A DNA stretch of 64,000 bases from Castellaniella sp. (lineage in GTDB: Bacteria; Pseudomonadota; Gammaproteobacteria; Burkholderiales; Burkholderiaceae_B), in NCBI GenBank assembly GCA_035707805.1, contig DASSTS010000050.1, positions 15,492-79,491 on the forward strand, given 5' to 3'. Below the pieces are notes generated by a model. That model was not told the DNA's origin and ran no database searches. It worked only from the letters and a program-made list of their open reading frames with translations. Below, in pieces: positions 9,835 to 19,881 of this stretch (positions are counted from its first letter, which is position 1; each line of letters opens with the position of its first letter). The translations under genes and the position numbers were made by a program.

Positions 9835-11985
9835 ATGTCCTCGCCTGCCAACACCCTGCCGTCCGCGCCAGCCGCCCAGCCCGGGACTCCGTTCATGCGG
9901 ACGCCGAACCTGGCCGAGCCCGACACCGGCCGGCTGCGGGCCTCCATCCGGCAGTATTTCCTGGAGACCTTCGACCGCTACGAATCGCTGTTCGAGTGCC
10001 TGTCGGGAGACGAGGCCTATTTCGTCAAGCCGATCACGCTGCGCCATCCGCTGATCTTCTATTTCGGCCATACCGCGACCTTCTTCGTCAACAAGATGCT
10101 GCTGACCCGCCTGGTCGGCCGGCGGCTGGACCAGCGCCTGGAATCGATCTTCGCCGTGGGCGTCGACGAAATGAGCTGGGACGACCTGGACGAGCGCAAC
10201 TACCGCTGGCCGTCGGTGGCCGAGGTCCGCGCCTACCGCGAACGCGTGCGGGCGCTGGTCTGCGAGGTCATCGACCAGGCGCCGCTGCAGTCCCCCATCG
10301 ACTGGCAGAATCCCTGGTGGGCCATCATCATGGGCATCGAGCACGAGCGCATCCATCTCGAGACCTCCTCGGTCCTGATCCGCCAGCACGCCCTGGCGCA
10401 CGTCCAGCCGTCGCCCGCCTGGGAACCGCAGGCCGACGACGGCGCCCCCGCCCCGGACAACGCCCCCGTGAGGGTAGCGGCCGGAACGGTCCGGGTCGGC
10501 AAGGCCTTTTCCGATCCCCAGTACGGATGGGACAACGAATACGGCCAGCACGAGGCGCAGGTCGAATCCTTCCAGGCCAGCCGCTACCTGGTCAGCAATC
10601 AGGAATTCCTGGCCTTCGTCGAGGCGGGCGGCTACCGCAACCACCGCGACTGGACCGAGGAAGGCCGCGACTGGCTGGCATTCAGCCAGGCCGAACACCC
10701 GACTTTCTGGGTCAAGAAGACCCAGGGCTGGTACCTGCGCCTGATGACCCGGGAAATCCCGATGCCATGGTCCTGGCCGGTCGAGGTCAACTACCTGGAA
10801 GCCAAGGCCTTCTGCAACTGGAAGGCCGCCGAGACCGGCCAGCCGGTACGCCTGCCCACCGAGGACGAGTGGTACCGGCTGTACGACGAGGCCGGACTCA
10901 GCGACCCCGGCGACCAGCCCTGCGCGGCCAACCTGCACCTGGACCATGGCGCCTCGTCCTGCCCGGTCGACCGGCATGCGCACGGCGACTGGTTCGACGT
11001 CGTGGGCAACGTCTGGCAATGGACGGAAACGCCTACCTATCCCTTCAACGGATTCGACGTCCACCCGATCTACGACGACTTCACGACCCCGACCTTCGAC
11101 GGCCGGCACAACCTGATCAAGGGCGGCTCGTGGATCGCCTGCGGCAACGAGGCAGTCCGCGCTTCGCGCTACGCCTTCCGGCGCCACTTCTTCCAGCACG
11201 CCGGTTTCCGCTACGTCATTTCCCATGCGCCGGCCGAGGCCCCGGCGGCCTACTACGAGACGGACAAGCTGATGTCCGAATACGCCGAGTTCCACTACGG
11301 CGACCGCTATTTCGACGTGCCGAATTTCTCACAGGCCCTGGCGCGGCATGCCATCGCCGCGATGGACGGGCGTCCCCGGCGCCGCGCCCTCGACCTGGGC
11401 TGCGCGTCCGGCCGGGCGAGCTTCGAACTGGCGCAGGCCTTCGAGCACGTCACGGGCGTGGATTTCTCGGCCCGCTTCATCAACCAGGGCGTTCAGCTCG
11501 TCCAGACGGGCCAGTTGCGCTACACCCTGGCCGACGAGGGCGAGCTGGTGTCCTACAAGACCCGCCGCCTGGCGGACCTGGGATTGCAGGACACGGTCGG
11601 CCGGGTCGACTTCTACCAGGGCGATGCCTGCAACCTCAAGCCCCAGCTCAAGGACTACGACCTGGTGCTGGCCGCCAACCTGATCGACCGCCTGTACGAT
11701 CCGGCGCGCTTCCTGGACCTGATCCACGAGCGCATCGTCAGCGGCGGCCTGCTGGTGATCGCCTCGCCCTATACCTGGCTCGAGGAACACACCCCCCGCC
11801 AGGCCTGGATCGGCGGCTTCAAGAAGGACGCGGAAAACCACACCACGCTCGACGGGCTGCACGAGCACCTGGACGCGCATTTCCGGCGGATCGGCGAACC
11901 GGTGAACGTGCCCTTCGTCATCCGCGAGACGCGGCGCAAGTTCCAGCACACGTTGTCGGAAATGACGATCTGGGAACGGCGCTGA
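9835..11985 (+). CDS. ovoA: 5-histidylcysteine sulfoxide synthase / methyltransferase (ovothiol biosynthesis)
   Basis: LRHPLIFYFGH, GVDEMSWDD, iron motif HERIHLE, FGE-sulfatase domain (GWDNEYG, RLPTEDEW, GNVWQW, FRRHFFQHAGFR), and a C-terminal SAM methyltransferase (LDLGCASG). Confidence 0.93.
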   Translation: MSSPANTLPSAPAAQPGTPFMRTPNLAEPDTGRLRASIRQYFLETFDRYESLFECLSGDEAYFVKPITLRHPLIFYFGHTATFFVNKMLLTRLVGRRLDQRLESIFAVGVDEMSWDDLDERNYRWPSVAEVRAYRERVRALVCEVIDQAPLQSPIDWQNPWWAIIMGIEHERIHLETSSVLIRQHALAHVQPSPAWEPQADDGAPAPDNAPVRVAAGTVRVGKAFSDPQYGWDNEYGQHEAQVESFQASRYLVSNQEFLAFVEAGGYRNHRDWTEEGRDWLAFSQAEHPTFWVKKTQGWYLRLMTREIPMPWSWPVEVNYLEAKAFCNWKAAETGQPVRLPTEDEWYRLYDEAGLSDPGDQPCAANLHLDHGASSCPVDRHAHGDWFDVVGNVWQWTETPTYPFNGFDVHPIYDDFTTPTFDGRHNLIKGGSWIACGNEAVRASRYAFRRHFFQHAGFRYVISHAPAEAPAAYYETDKLMSEYAEFHYGDRYFDVPNFSQALARHAIAAMDGRPRRRALDLGCASGRASFELAQAFEHVTGVDFSARFINQGVQLVQTGQLRYTLADEGELVSYKTRRLADLGLQDTVGRVDFYQGDACNLKPQLKDYDLVLAANLIDRLYDPARFLDLIHERIVSGGLLVIASPYTWLEEHTPRQAWIGGFKKDAENHTTLDGLHEHLDAHFRRIGEPVNVPFVIRETRRKFQHTLSEMTIWERR

Positions 11986-12030
11986 GCCTGCCGCGGGACG
12001 CCAGAGCCTGAGGCCCGGCCGGCCGCCCGC

Positions 12031-14880
12031 TCAGCCGCCCGCGGCCGCGCCGCGCTGCCGGACGTAGGCGGCAAAGGCCTCGGCCTGCAGCGGCCGGCTG
12101 TAGTAGTAGCCCTGGGCCTCCTCGCAGCCGTTGGCGCGCAGGAATTCCTGCTGCTCCAGGGTTTCCACGCCTTCGGCGATGGTGCGCAGCCCCAGGCTGC
12201 GCGACAGCTGGATGATGGCCGCGGCAATGGCCTGGTCGTCGGGATCCCGGTTGATGTCGCGCACGAAGGACTGGTCGATCTTCAGCTTGTGCAGCCGGAA
12301 CCGTTTCAGGTAGCTCAACGAAGAATAGCCGGTGCCGAAATCGTCGATGGCGAACTGCACGCCAAAGCGGGAGAGCTCCTCCATCCGCTGGGCGGCGGCC
12401 TCCGGCGCCTTCATGGCGACCGCCTCGGTCAGTTCCAGTTCGAGCCATTGCGCCGGCACGCCGGCCTCCTCCAGGATCGCGCGGATCCGCTCCAGCAGAT
12501 CGGGGCGGTTGAACTGTACCGCCGAGAGGTTCACCGCAATGCGCAGTTCCTGCATGCCCTCGTCCCGCCAGCGGCGCAGCTGCTGCATGGCGGTGCGCAG
12601 CACCCAGTCGCCGATGGCGACGATCAGGCCGCTCGCCTCGGCGATCGGGATGAACTCGCTGGGCGGCACCCGCCCCCACTGGGGCGACTCCCAGCGCAGC
12701 AGGGCTTCGGCCCCGAGGATCCGGCCGTCCCGGAAGGACACCTGCGGCTGGTACACCAGGAACAGCTCGCCGTTCTGGATGGCCTGTTTCAGGCCGTTGA
12801 CCAGCACGAGCTCGCGGCTGACATGCGCCTGCATCTCGCGGGTGAAGAATCCCACGCAGTGCCGGCCTTCGCTCTTGGCGCGGTACATCGCGGTCTCGGC
12901 ATGCTTGAGCAGCACGTCGAAGTCCGTCGCGTCCTGGGGATACAGGGCGACGCCGATGGACGCCGAGGTATAGATGTCCTGCTCGGCCAGGCGCAGGGAG
13001 CGGTAGATCGTCTGCAGCAGGCCGTCGGCCTGGGCGCCCGCCGCCTGCCGGCCCGCGCCGGGCAGCACCGCGACGAAATCGTCGCCGGAATAGCGCGCCA
13101 GCGAGGCGGCTTCGGGCAGCTGCTTGCGGATGCGTTGCGCCACCTCCTGCAGCAGGGCGTCGCCGACGTGGTGGCCGAGCGAATCGTTGACGGCCTTGAA
13201 GTGGTCCAGGTCTATCCACAGCACCGCCAGCGGCCCGCCCTGGTCGATGGCCGCCTGGCACTGGTCGCGCAGCAGCAGGCGGTTGGGCAGGCCGGTCAGC
13301 TGGTCGTAGTGCGAGAGCGAGCGGATGCGCTCGGCCGAGCGCCGGTTCTCGGTGACGTCCTCGTTGTGGGCCAGGTAGTTGGTAACCTCGCCCTGCGCGT
13401 TGCGCACCGGATAGATCAGGACGGACTCGATGTATTCCCGGCCGCTCTTGCTGAGATTGACCCATTCCCCCCGCCACGCCCTGCCCTGCGCGAGCTGGGC
13501 CCACATGGCGCGATACGTGGTGGCCGGCGTGCGGCCGGGCTTGAGGCGGCGCAGGTTGCGTCCCAGCACTTCCCGGGCGGCATAGCCGCTCACGCGCGTG
13601 AAGGCGTCGTTCACGAACTCGATGCGCGCATGGCGGTCGGTGATGATGATGGATTCCGGACTCTGCACGACCGCCGTCGACAGCGTGCGCAGGGCCTGTT
13701 CGCTCTTCACGCGGTCCGTGATGTCGCGCGAGATCACCGCGAATTCCGGCGCATGGCCGGCGGGCACGCTCTTGCGCGCCACCGACAGCTCGAAATGCCG
13801 GTCCTCGCCGTTCAGATGCAGGGTGATGACCTTGCCCCGTGACTGGCCCTGGCGCGAGGCCTCCAGCAGCGCCTCCACCACGATCCGGCTGTCGCGCGGC
13901 GACATGGCGTCATGCACCGACATGCCCAGCAGGCGCTCCGCGGGCAGCGACAGGTCCTCGGGATGGCTGGTATGCACGCCCAGGTAACGCCCATGGACGT
14001 CCATGTCGAACACCAGGTCCGGCAGGGCGTCCAGCGTCGCGCGCAGCTGCTCGCGGGATTCCTGGAGCAGCGCGTATGGATGCTGGACCGCCTCGGTGAA
14101 CACCGCGCGGTACAGGAAGATGTAGGCGACGACCTTGTACAGGTGGCCGAACAGGATGTAGCCATCGTTCACCCGCGAATACAGGGTCAGGAAGAACTCG
14201 CTTTGCGCCATGACGCAGGCCGCCACGAAGAGATCGCCGGCGTTGAAATGTTTGGGCAGGCGCATGCGCCGCAGGAACAGGACGGCCGCCGCCAGGTACA
14301 GCGCGATCAGGACGTATTCCGCCGAGATCTTGAAGGACGTCAGCCCGACGCCGGGCAGGAAGGTACGGGGCAGCCACGACGGCGCCTCGAAATACACGAT
14401 GCAGGCGCCCGCCACCAGCAGCAGGACCGCCGGGACCTGGACGTGGAAGGGCGCCCAGGCGTGCCGGTCATGCCAGGGAATCCATCCCGCCGCCAGCAGC
14501 CCCAGCGCGCCCACCAGGCGCGCCAGCAGCCAGAAATAGATCGCCTTTTCCGCGTCGTTGGGCGTGATGAACGGGGGCATGCCCGGATAGCTCAGCAGAT
14601 GCAGGAAATCCAGCAGCGCGACGCCCATGAAGGTGCTGCCCAGCAGCACCAGGGTACGCGGCAACGCCTCGCGGCGGCTGCTCCAGATCACGGCGAAGAT
14701 CAGGGCGGCCGTGACCACCGACAGCATCTCCACCACGACGTGCAACGACAGATAGTGCGCCACGTGATGGAACGCGGGCGGGACCGACAAGGTGCCCACC
14801 AGGACCAGCAGCACCAGCAACATGCTGACCGCGCGCAGCGCTCGGCGGAAGTCCGCCTGGTAGCTTGGATGGATCAACAT
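12031..14880 (-). CDS. MASE3-PAS-PAS-GGDEF(degenerate)-EAL c-di-GMP phosphodiesterase
   Basis: N-terminal multi-TM MASE3-like region (HVVVE, DFLHLLSYPGMP), two PAS domains, SGDDF in place of GGDEF, intact EAL and DDFGTGYSS. Confidence 0.88.
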   Translation of the reverse strand: MLIHPSYQADFRRALRAVSMLLVLLVLVGTLSVPPAFHHVAHYLSLHVVVEMLSVVTAALIFAVIWSSRREALPRTLVLLGSTFMGVALLDFLHLLSYPGMPPFITPNDAEKAIYFWLLARLVGALGLLAAGWIPWHDRHAWAPFHVQVPAVLLLVAGACIVYFEAPSWLPRTFLPGVGLTSFKISAEYVLIALYLAAAVLFLRRMRLPKHFNAGDLFVAACVMAQSEFFLTLYSRVNDGYILFGHLYKVVAYIFLYRAVFTEAVQHPYALLQESREQLRATLDALPDLVFDMDVHGRYLGVHTSHPEDLSLPAERLLGMSVHDAMSPRDSRIVVEALLEASRQGQSRGKVITLHLNGEDRHFELSVARKSVPAGHAPEFAVISRDITDRVKSEQALRTLSTAVVQSPESIIITDRHARIEFVNDAFTRVSGYAAREVLGRNLRRLKPGRTPATTYRAMWAQLAQGRAWRGEWVNLSKSGREYIESVLIYPVRNAQGEVTNYLAHNEDVTENRRSAERIRSLSHYDQLTGLPNRLLLRDQCQAAIDQGGPLAVLWIDLDHFKAVNDSLGHHVGDALLQEVAQRIRKQLPEAASLARYSGDDFVAVLPGAGRQAAGAQADGLLQTIYRSLRLAEQDIYTSASIGVALYPQDATDFDVLLKHAETAMYRAKSEGRHCVGFFTREMQAHVSRELVLVNGLKQAIQNGELFLVYQPQVSFRDGRILGAEALLRWESPQWGRVPPSEFIPIAEASGLIVAIGDWVLRTAMQQLRRWRDEGMQELRIAVNLSAVQFNRPDLLERIRAILEEAGVPAQWLELELTEAVAMKAPEAAAQRMEELSRFGVQFAIDDFGTGYSSLSYLKRFRLHKLKIDQSFVRDINRDPDDQAIAAAIIQLSRSLGLRTIAEGVETLEQQEFLRANGCEEAQGYYYSRPLQAEAFAAYVRQRGAAAGG

Positions 14881-15112
14881 GGTTGCCGGTGGTGAGACAT
14901 GGGGCCAATGTACTGGCGGCCTTTGCAACTGGCAAGCGCCGGACGGCGTCCTGCCCGGCCCGCCGGCCGCCCCCGGAAAATCACGATATAACCGGCCACC
15001 ATATGCTTAAAGGCTGAAAAGCTTTGCAGGCCGGAAATCGCGCCATTAGAATGAAAACCTATAAAACTCGTGTTTCATATAACAACACCACTGGATTACC
15101 GAGGCCTGCTTC

Positions 15113-15910
15113 ATGAAAAAATTCCCCGCTCTCGTTCTTGCCGCGCTGCTGCCCCTGATGTCCGCCGCGCCCGCCGCCCAGGCGGCGACCGACGACCTGG
15201 CCGCCATACAGAAGGCCGGCGTGATCCGCATCGGAACGGAAGGCACCTACGCGCCGTTCTCCTTCCACAACCCCAAAGACAACGCGCTGGTGGGATTCGA
15301 CGTGGACATCGGCCGCGCCATCGCCAAGCAGCTGGGCGTCAAGGCGGAATTCGTGGAAGGCAAGTGGGACGGCCTGATCGCGGGCCTGAACGTGAACCGC
15401 TACGACGTCGTCATCAACCAGGTGGGCATCACGCCCGAACGCCAGGCCAAGTACGATTTCTCCAAGCCCTACATCTCTTCGGCCGCGGCGCTGATCGTGG
15501 GTGACGGCAACACCGAGATCCATACGTTCAAGGATCTCAAGGGCAAGCGTTCCGCCAACACCATCACCAGCAATTTCGGCAAACTGGCCCAAAGCTACGG
15601 CGCCGAGGTGGTGCCGGTGCAGGGCTTCAACGACGCCATCGCGCTGCTCACCTCGGGCCGGGTGGACGCGACCGTCAACGACGAGCTGTCCTTCCTGGAC
15701 TTCAAGAAACAGCAGCCCAAGGCCAAGGTCAAGGTCGTCGCCACGGACGACAGCGCCGAATTCAGCCGCTCGGGCGTGCTGATGCGCAAGGACCAGCCGG
15801 CCCTCAAGGCCGCGGTCGACAAGGCGATCGACGCCATCCGCGCCGACGGCACCTACAAGACCATCTCGGAACGCTACTTCGGCACCGACCTGTCCTCCAA
15901 GATCCGATGA
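15113..15910 (+). CDS. Polar amino acid ABC substrate-binding protein (cystine TcyA/FliY-like)
   Basis: Signal peptide; GTEGTYAPF, GFDVD, WDGLIAGL and NQVGITPER motifs. Confidence 0.85.
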   Translation: MKKFPALVLAALLPLMSAAPAAQAATDDLAAIQKAGVIRIGTEGTYAPFSFHNPKDNALVGFDVDIGRAIAKQLGVKAEFVEGKWDGLIAGLNVNRYDVVINQVGITPERQAKYDFSKPYISSAAALIVGDGNTEIHTFKDLKGKRSANTITSNFGKLAQSYGAEVVPVQGFNDAIALLTSGRVDATVNDELSFLDFKKQQPKAKVKVVATDDSAEFSRSGVLMRKDQPALKAAVDKAIDAIRADGTYKTISERYFGTDLSSKIR

Positions 15911-15958
15911 CGGCGGCTTTCGCCGGACATTCGACGCGATCGACAGGGAGCGCCTGAC

Positions 15959-16639
15959 GTGCCGGACTGGTTGCAATTGATGATGGATTCCCTCTGGCCG
16001 CTGCTGGTCGGAGGGATCAAGTTCACCGTGCCGCTGGCGATCCTGTCGTTCCTGGCCGGGCTGGCGCTGGCCTTCCTGGCGGCCGTCGCCCGGCTGTTCG
16101 GGCCCGCGCCGCTGGTCTCCGTGGTGCGTTTCTACATCTGGCTGATCCGGGGCACGCCGCTGTTGGTCCAGCTGTTCGTGATCTTCTACGGCCTGCCCAG
16201 CATCGGCTTCGTGCTCGATCCGCTGCCGGCGGCACTGATCGGATTCTCGCTGAACGTGGGGGCCTACAACGCCGAAGTCATCCGCGGCGCGATCGAGGCC
16301 ATTCCCCGCGGCCAGTGGGATGCCGCCTATTCGCTCAGCATGACCCGCGCCCAGGCCCTGCGCCGCACCATCCTGCCGCAGGCGGCGCGGGTGGCGGTCC
16401 CGCCCCTGGCCAATTCCTTCATCGCGCTGGTCAAAGACACTTCGCTTGCGGCGGTCATCACGGTGCCGGAAATCTTCCAGGCGGCGCAGCGCATCGCCTC
16501 GGTCACCTACGAGCCCCTGATCCTGTACGTCGAGGCCGCCCTGATCTACCTGCTGCTGTGCACCGCGCTGTCGGCGGCCCAGAACCGCCTGGAACGCCAT
16601 TTCAGCCAGCATGCCGTCTTTTCCGAGGGCCAGCGATGA
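15959..16639 (+). CDS. Polar amino acid ABC permease (TcyB/YecS-like)
   Basis: RGTPLLVQLF, AYNAEVIRG and LVKDTSLA motifs. Confidence 0.92.
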   Translation: MPDWLQLMMDSLWPLLVGGIKFTVPLAILSFLAGLALAFLAAVARLFGPAPLVSVVRFYIWLIRGTPLLVQLFVIFYGLPSIGFVLDPLPAALIGFSLNVGAYNAEVIRGAIEAIPRGQWDAAYSLSMTRAQALRRTILPQAARVAVPPLANSFIALVKDTSLAAVITVPEIFQAAQRIASVTYEPLILYVEAALIYLLLCTALSAAQNRLERHFSQHAVFSEGQR

Positions 16640-17379
16640 TCCAGCTGCGCGGAATCCGCAAATCCTTCGGCGGGCATGAGGTCCTCAAGTCCGTCAGCGT
16701 CACCATTCCCGAGGGCCAGGTCACCGCGCTGATCGGCCCCTCGGGCAGCGGCAAGAGCACGCTGCTGCGTTGCGTCAACCTGCTGGAGACTCCGGACGCC
16801 GGCACGCTGTCCATCGGCACGGAGACGCTCGACTTCCAGCCCGGGCGCCACCCCGACCGCCAGGCCGTGCAGCGCATCCGCCAGCAGACCGGCATGGTGT
16901 TCCAGAATTTCCAGCTGTTCCCGCACCAGACCGCCGTCCAGAACGTCATGGAAGGCCTGGTCACGGTCAAGCGCTGGCCCCGCGACCGCGCCCATGCCCG
17001 CGCCTGCGAGCTGCTGGACAAGGTCGGGCTGCGGGAAAAGGCCGATGCCTGGCCTTCCAGCCTGTCGGGCGGCCAGCAGCAACGCGTCGCGATCGCGCGC
17101 GCCCTGGCACCCGAGCCCCGGGTGCTGCTGTGCGACGAGCCGACCTCCGCCCTGGACCCCGGCCTGGCGGCCGAGGTGGTGGCAGTACTCGGCAAGCTGG
17201 CCTCCGAAGGCATGACCATGCTGATGGCGACCCACGACCTGCGCCTGGCGTTCCAGATCGCCCAGCAGACCGTGTTCCTGGAAGACGGCGCCCTCATCGA
17301 ATCCGGCCCGTCGCAATCGCTGTTCCGGAATCCCCGCGACGAGCGGACCCGGCGCTTCGTGGCCACGCTGGGCGCCTGA
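16636..17379 (+). CDS. Polar amino acid ABC ATP-binding protein
   Basis: GPSGSGKST, LSGGQQQR, DEPTSALDP. ATGA overlap with the permease stop. Confidence 0.92.
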   Translation: MIQLRGIRKSFGGHEVLKSVSVTIPEGQVTALIGPSGSGKSTLLRCVNLLETPDAGTLSIGTETLDFQPGRHPDRQAVQRIRQQTGMVFQNFQLFPHQTAVQNVMEGLVTVKRWPRDRAHARACELLDKVGLREKADAWPSSLSGGQQQRVAIARALAPEPRVLLCDEPTSALDPGLAAEVVAVLGKLASEGMTMLMATHDLRLAFQIAQQTVFLEDGALIESGPSQSLFRNPRDERTRRFVATLGA

Positions 17380-17406
17380 CCGCCGCCCGCCGCGCCCCGC
17401 CTGGCC

Positions 17407-18300
17407 TCAGCGCGCTGGCGCGGAGCCCGCCACCGGCGCCGCGGCGGTGTATTTCGCCCCGGCCACGCAGGCGACGACGAAGGCCGTCACGGCCACCATC
17501 ACCCCCGTCACGGATTCGCCCAACAGCCAGGCGGACAGCAGCAGTCCCAGGAAAGGCTGCAGCAGCTGCAGCTGTCCGACCGCCGCGATGCCGCCCAGGG
17601 CCAGCCCCCGATACCAGAAAATGAAGCCGACCAGCATGCTGAACACGGCGACATAGGCCAGGCCGGCCCAGGCGGAGACGGGCACCCCGGACCAGTCCGC
17701 CGGCCTCAGCGCGAAGGACAGCGGCAGGCTGAGGGGCAGCGACAGCACCAGGACCCAGCAGATCACCTGCCAGCCGCCCAGGCGGCGGGACAGCCGGCCG
17801 CCCTCGGCATAGCCGTAGCCGCAACTGACGATGGCGCCCATCATCAAGGCATCGGCGCCCAGGGATCCCGAGCCGTCCCGGCTGAGCGCGAAGCCGGCCA
17901 CCGAGGCGGCCCCCAGCACGGCGAAGGTCCAGAAGGCCCGAGACGGACGCTCGCCGCCCAGCCAGGTGCCGAAGATGGCGGTCGCCAGCGGCAGCAGGCC
18001 GATGAACACCAGCGAGTGCGCCGAGGTGATGGTGCGCAAGGCCAGGGCCGTCAGCAGGGGAAAGCCCACGACCACGCCCAGAGCGACCCATGCAAGGGTG
18101 AGCCATTCCGACCGCGTCGGGCGCTGGTTGCGGGTCAGCAGCAGCGCGCCAGCGGCCAGCAGGCCCGCCAGCGCGGCCCGGGCCGCCGTGACGAACAGGG
18201 GATCCAGGCCCAGCACGGCCAGGCGCGTCGCGGGCAGCGACCCGCTGAAGATGGCGACCCCGATCGCCCCGTTGATCCAGCCGCGTGTCGTGACCTGCAT
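17407..18300 (-). CDS. DMT/EamA family transporter
   Basis: Ten hydrophobic segments with an EamA repeat pattern. Start MQVTTRG at 18300 with GGAG upstream. Confidence 0.88.
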   Translation of the reverse strand: MQVTTRGWINGAIGVAIFSGSLPATRLAVLGLDPLFVTAARAALAGLLAAGALLLTRNQRPTRSEWLTLAWVALGVVVGFPLLTALALRTITSAHSLVFIGLLPLATAIFGTWLGGERPSRAFWTFAVLGAASVAGFALSRDGSGSLGADALMMGAIVSCGYGYAEGGRLSRRLGGWQVICWVLVLSLPLSLPLSFALRPADWSGVPVSAWAGLAYVAVFSMLVGFIFWYRGLALGGIAAVGQLQLLQPFLGLLLSAWLLGESVTGVMVAVTAFVVACVAGAKYTAAAPVAGSAPAR

Positions 18301-18368
18301 TCGTGTTCTCCGGAAACCCCTGTCCTCACATGCGGACACTATGCCGGCGCCGGCCTGTGTCCGCCAGA

Positions 18369-18399
18369 TACAGTCTGGTACAGTAAAGGAAAACTGTAC
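18369..18399. promoter_or_regulatory. Putative MocR-family operator
   Basis: TACAGT direct repeats (18369-74, 18379-84) plus the inverted pair GTACAGT-N8-ACTGTAC (18378-18399), between the divergent DMT and MocR genes. Confidence 0.6.
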
Positions 18400-18408
18400 T
18401 GGTGTTTC

Positions 18409-19881
18409 ATGGCTTCCACCCCTGATGTCATCCTGCCGCCGGCGCCCCCGAAAAACGGGCGCACGGCCGGCATCGTCCAGTTCGTGCGCCGGCGCATCGC
18501 CGCCCGCGAATGGCAGCCGGGCGCCCGGCTGCCGTCGCTGCGCTCGATGGCGGCCCAGCAAGGGGTTTCCAAGTCCACCGTCGTCGAGGCCTATGACCGG
18601 CTCGCCGCCGACGGCACGATCCAGGCCCGGCCCGGATCCGGCTTCTACGTCGCGGGCCCGCTGGCGCCGCTGACACTGGCCGAGATCGGCCCGCGGCTGG
18701 ACCGCCAGATCGATCCCCTCTGGGTGGCGCGCCAGTCCCTGGACTCGGGCTCCGAGGCTCCGAAACCCGGCTGCGGCTGGCTGCCCGCCGCCTGGATGCC
18801 GGTGGAGGGCATCCGGGCTGCGCTGCGCCAGGCGGCCCGAGCCCCCGACGCGGCCCTGACCGACTATGCGGCATCCCTCGGCCTGCCGGCCCTGCGCGGC
18901 CTGATCGCCCGGCGCCTGCTGCAACACGGCCAGCGCGTCGATCCGCAGCACATCCTGCTCACGGATTCCGGCACCCAGGCGGTGGACCTGCTGTGCCGCT
19001 TCCTGATCAAGCCCGGCGACACGGTCCTGGTCGACGATCCCTGCTACTACAACTTCCTGGCCCTGCTGCGCGCGCACCAGGCGCACATCGTCGGCGTGCC
19101 GCACCGGCCCGACGGCCCTGACATGGCGCTGTTTCGCCGCGCCCTGGCGCAACACCGGCCGCGCCTCTATCTCAGCAATTCGGGCCTGCACAATCCCACC
19201 GGCGCCAGCCTGTCGGCCGCCAAGGCCCGCCGGATCCTGGACCTGGCCGAGGCCCACGACCTGATCCTGATCGAAGACGACATCTTCGGGGATTTCGAGT
19301 CCGAGCCCTCGGCCCGCCTGGCTTCACTGGACGCGGGGGGACGGGTCGTGCGGATCGGCAGCTTCTCCAAGACCTTGTCGGCCAGCCTGCGATGCGGCTA
19401 CCTGGCCACGCGGTCCGACTGGATCGATCCCCTGGCCGACCTGCGCACGGCGACCTCGTTCTCGGGCAACGGACTGAACCAGGCCGTCATCCTGCACCTG
19501 TTGCGCGACAGCGCCTGGCCCCGGCACGTCGGCCTGCTGCGCCAGCGCCTCGCGCAGGACATGGACCGGGCCCTCGGCCTGCTGCGCGGTCTCGGGCTGC
19601 GGCCCTGGCACATTCCCCGGGGCGGCATGTTCCTGTGGTGCCGCCTGCCCGAGGGCGTGGATGGCGCGCGGCTCGCGCGGCTGGCCCTGAGGCAGGGTCT
19701 GGTGCTGGCGCCGGGCAACGTCTTCAGCGTATCCCGCAGCGCGGGCGACATGATGCGGTTCAACGTCTCGCAGATGGGCGATCCCCGGCTGGCGGGGCAA
19801 CTCGCTACACTGATGGCACAGGCCCGCCAAGGCCCGCCGGAGCCGGCGGACGAACCGGCCCTTCTCGGAAACGCCACATGA
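18409..19881 (+). CDS. MocR/GabR family PLP-dependent transcriptional regulator
   Basis: GntR wHTH (RLPSLR...VSKSTVVEAY), aminotransferase domain with HNPTG, EDDIF and SFSKT (PLP Lys). Confidence 0.92.
   Translation: MASTPDVILPPAPPKNGRTAGIVQFVRRRIAAREWQPGARLPSLRSMAAQQGVSKSTVVEAYDRLAADGTIQARPGSGFYVAGPLAPLTLAEIGPRLDRQIDPLWVARQSLDSGSEAPKPGCGWLPAAWMPVEGIRAALRQAARAPDAALTDYAASLGLPALRGLIARRLLQHGQRVDPQHILLTDSGTQAVDLLCRFLIKPGDTVLVDDPCYYNFLALLRAHQAHIVGVPHRPDGPDMALFRRALAQHRPRLYLSNSGLHNPTGASLSAAKARRILDLAEAHDLILIEDDIFGDFESEPSARLASLDAGGRVVRIGSFSKTLSASLRCGYLATRSDWIDPLADLRTATSFSGNGLNQAVILHLLRDSAWPRHVGLLRQRLAQDMDRALGLLRGLGLRPWHIPRGGMFLWCRLPEGVDGARLARLALRQGLVLAPGNVFSVSRSAGDMMRFNVSQMGDPRLAGQLATLMAQARQGPPEPADEPALLGNAT

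Noticed and set aside
9835-11985. EgtB (ergothioneine) or selenoneine synthase call
   Set aside because: The fused C-terminal methyltransferase and the GVDEMSWDD motif fit OvoA; no egtD or sen genes are adjacent.
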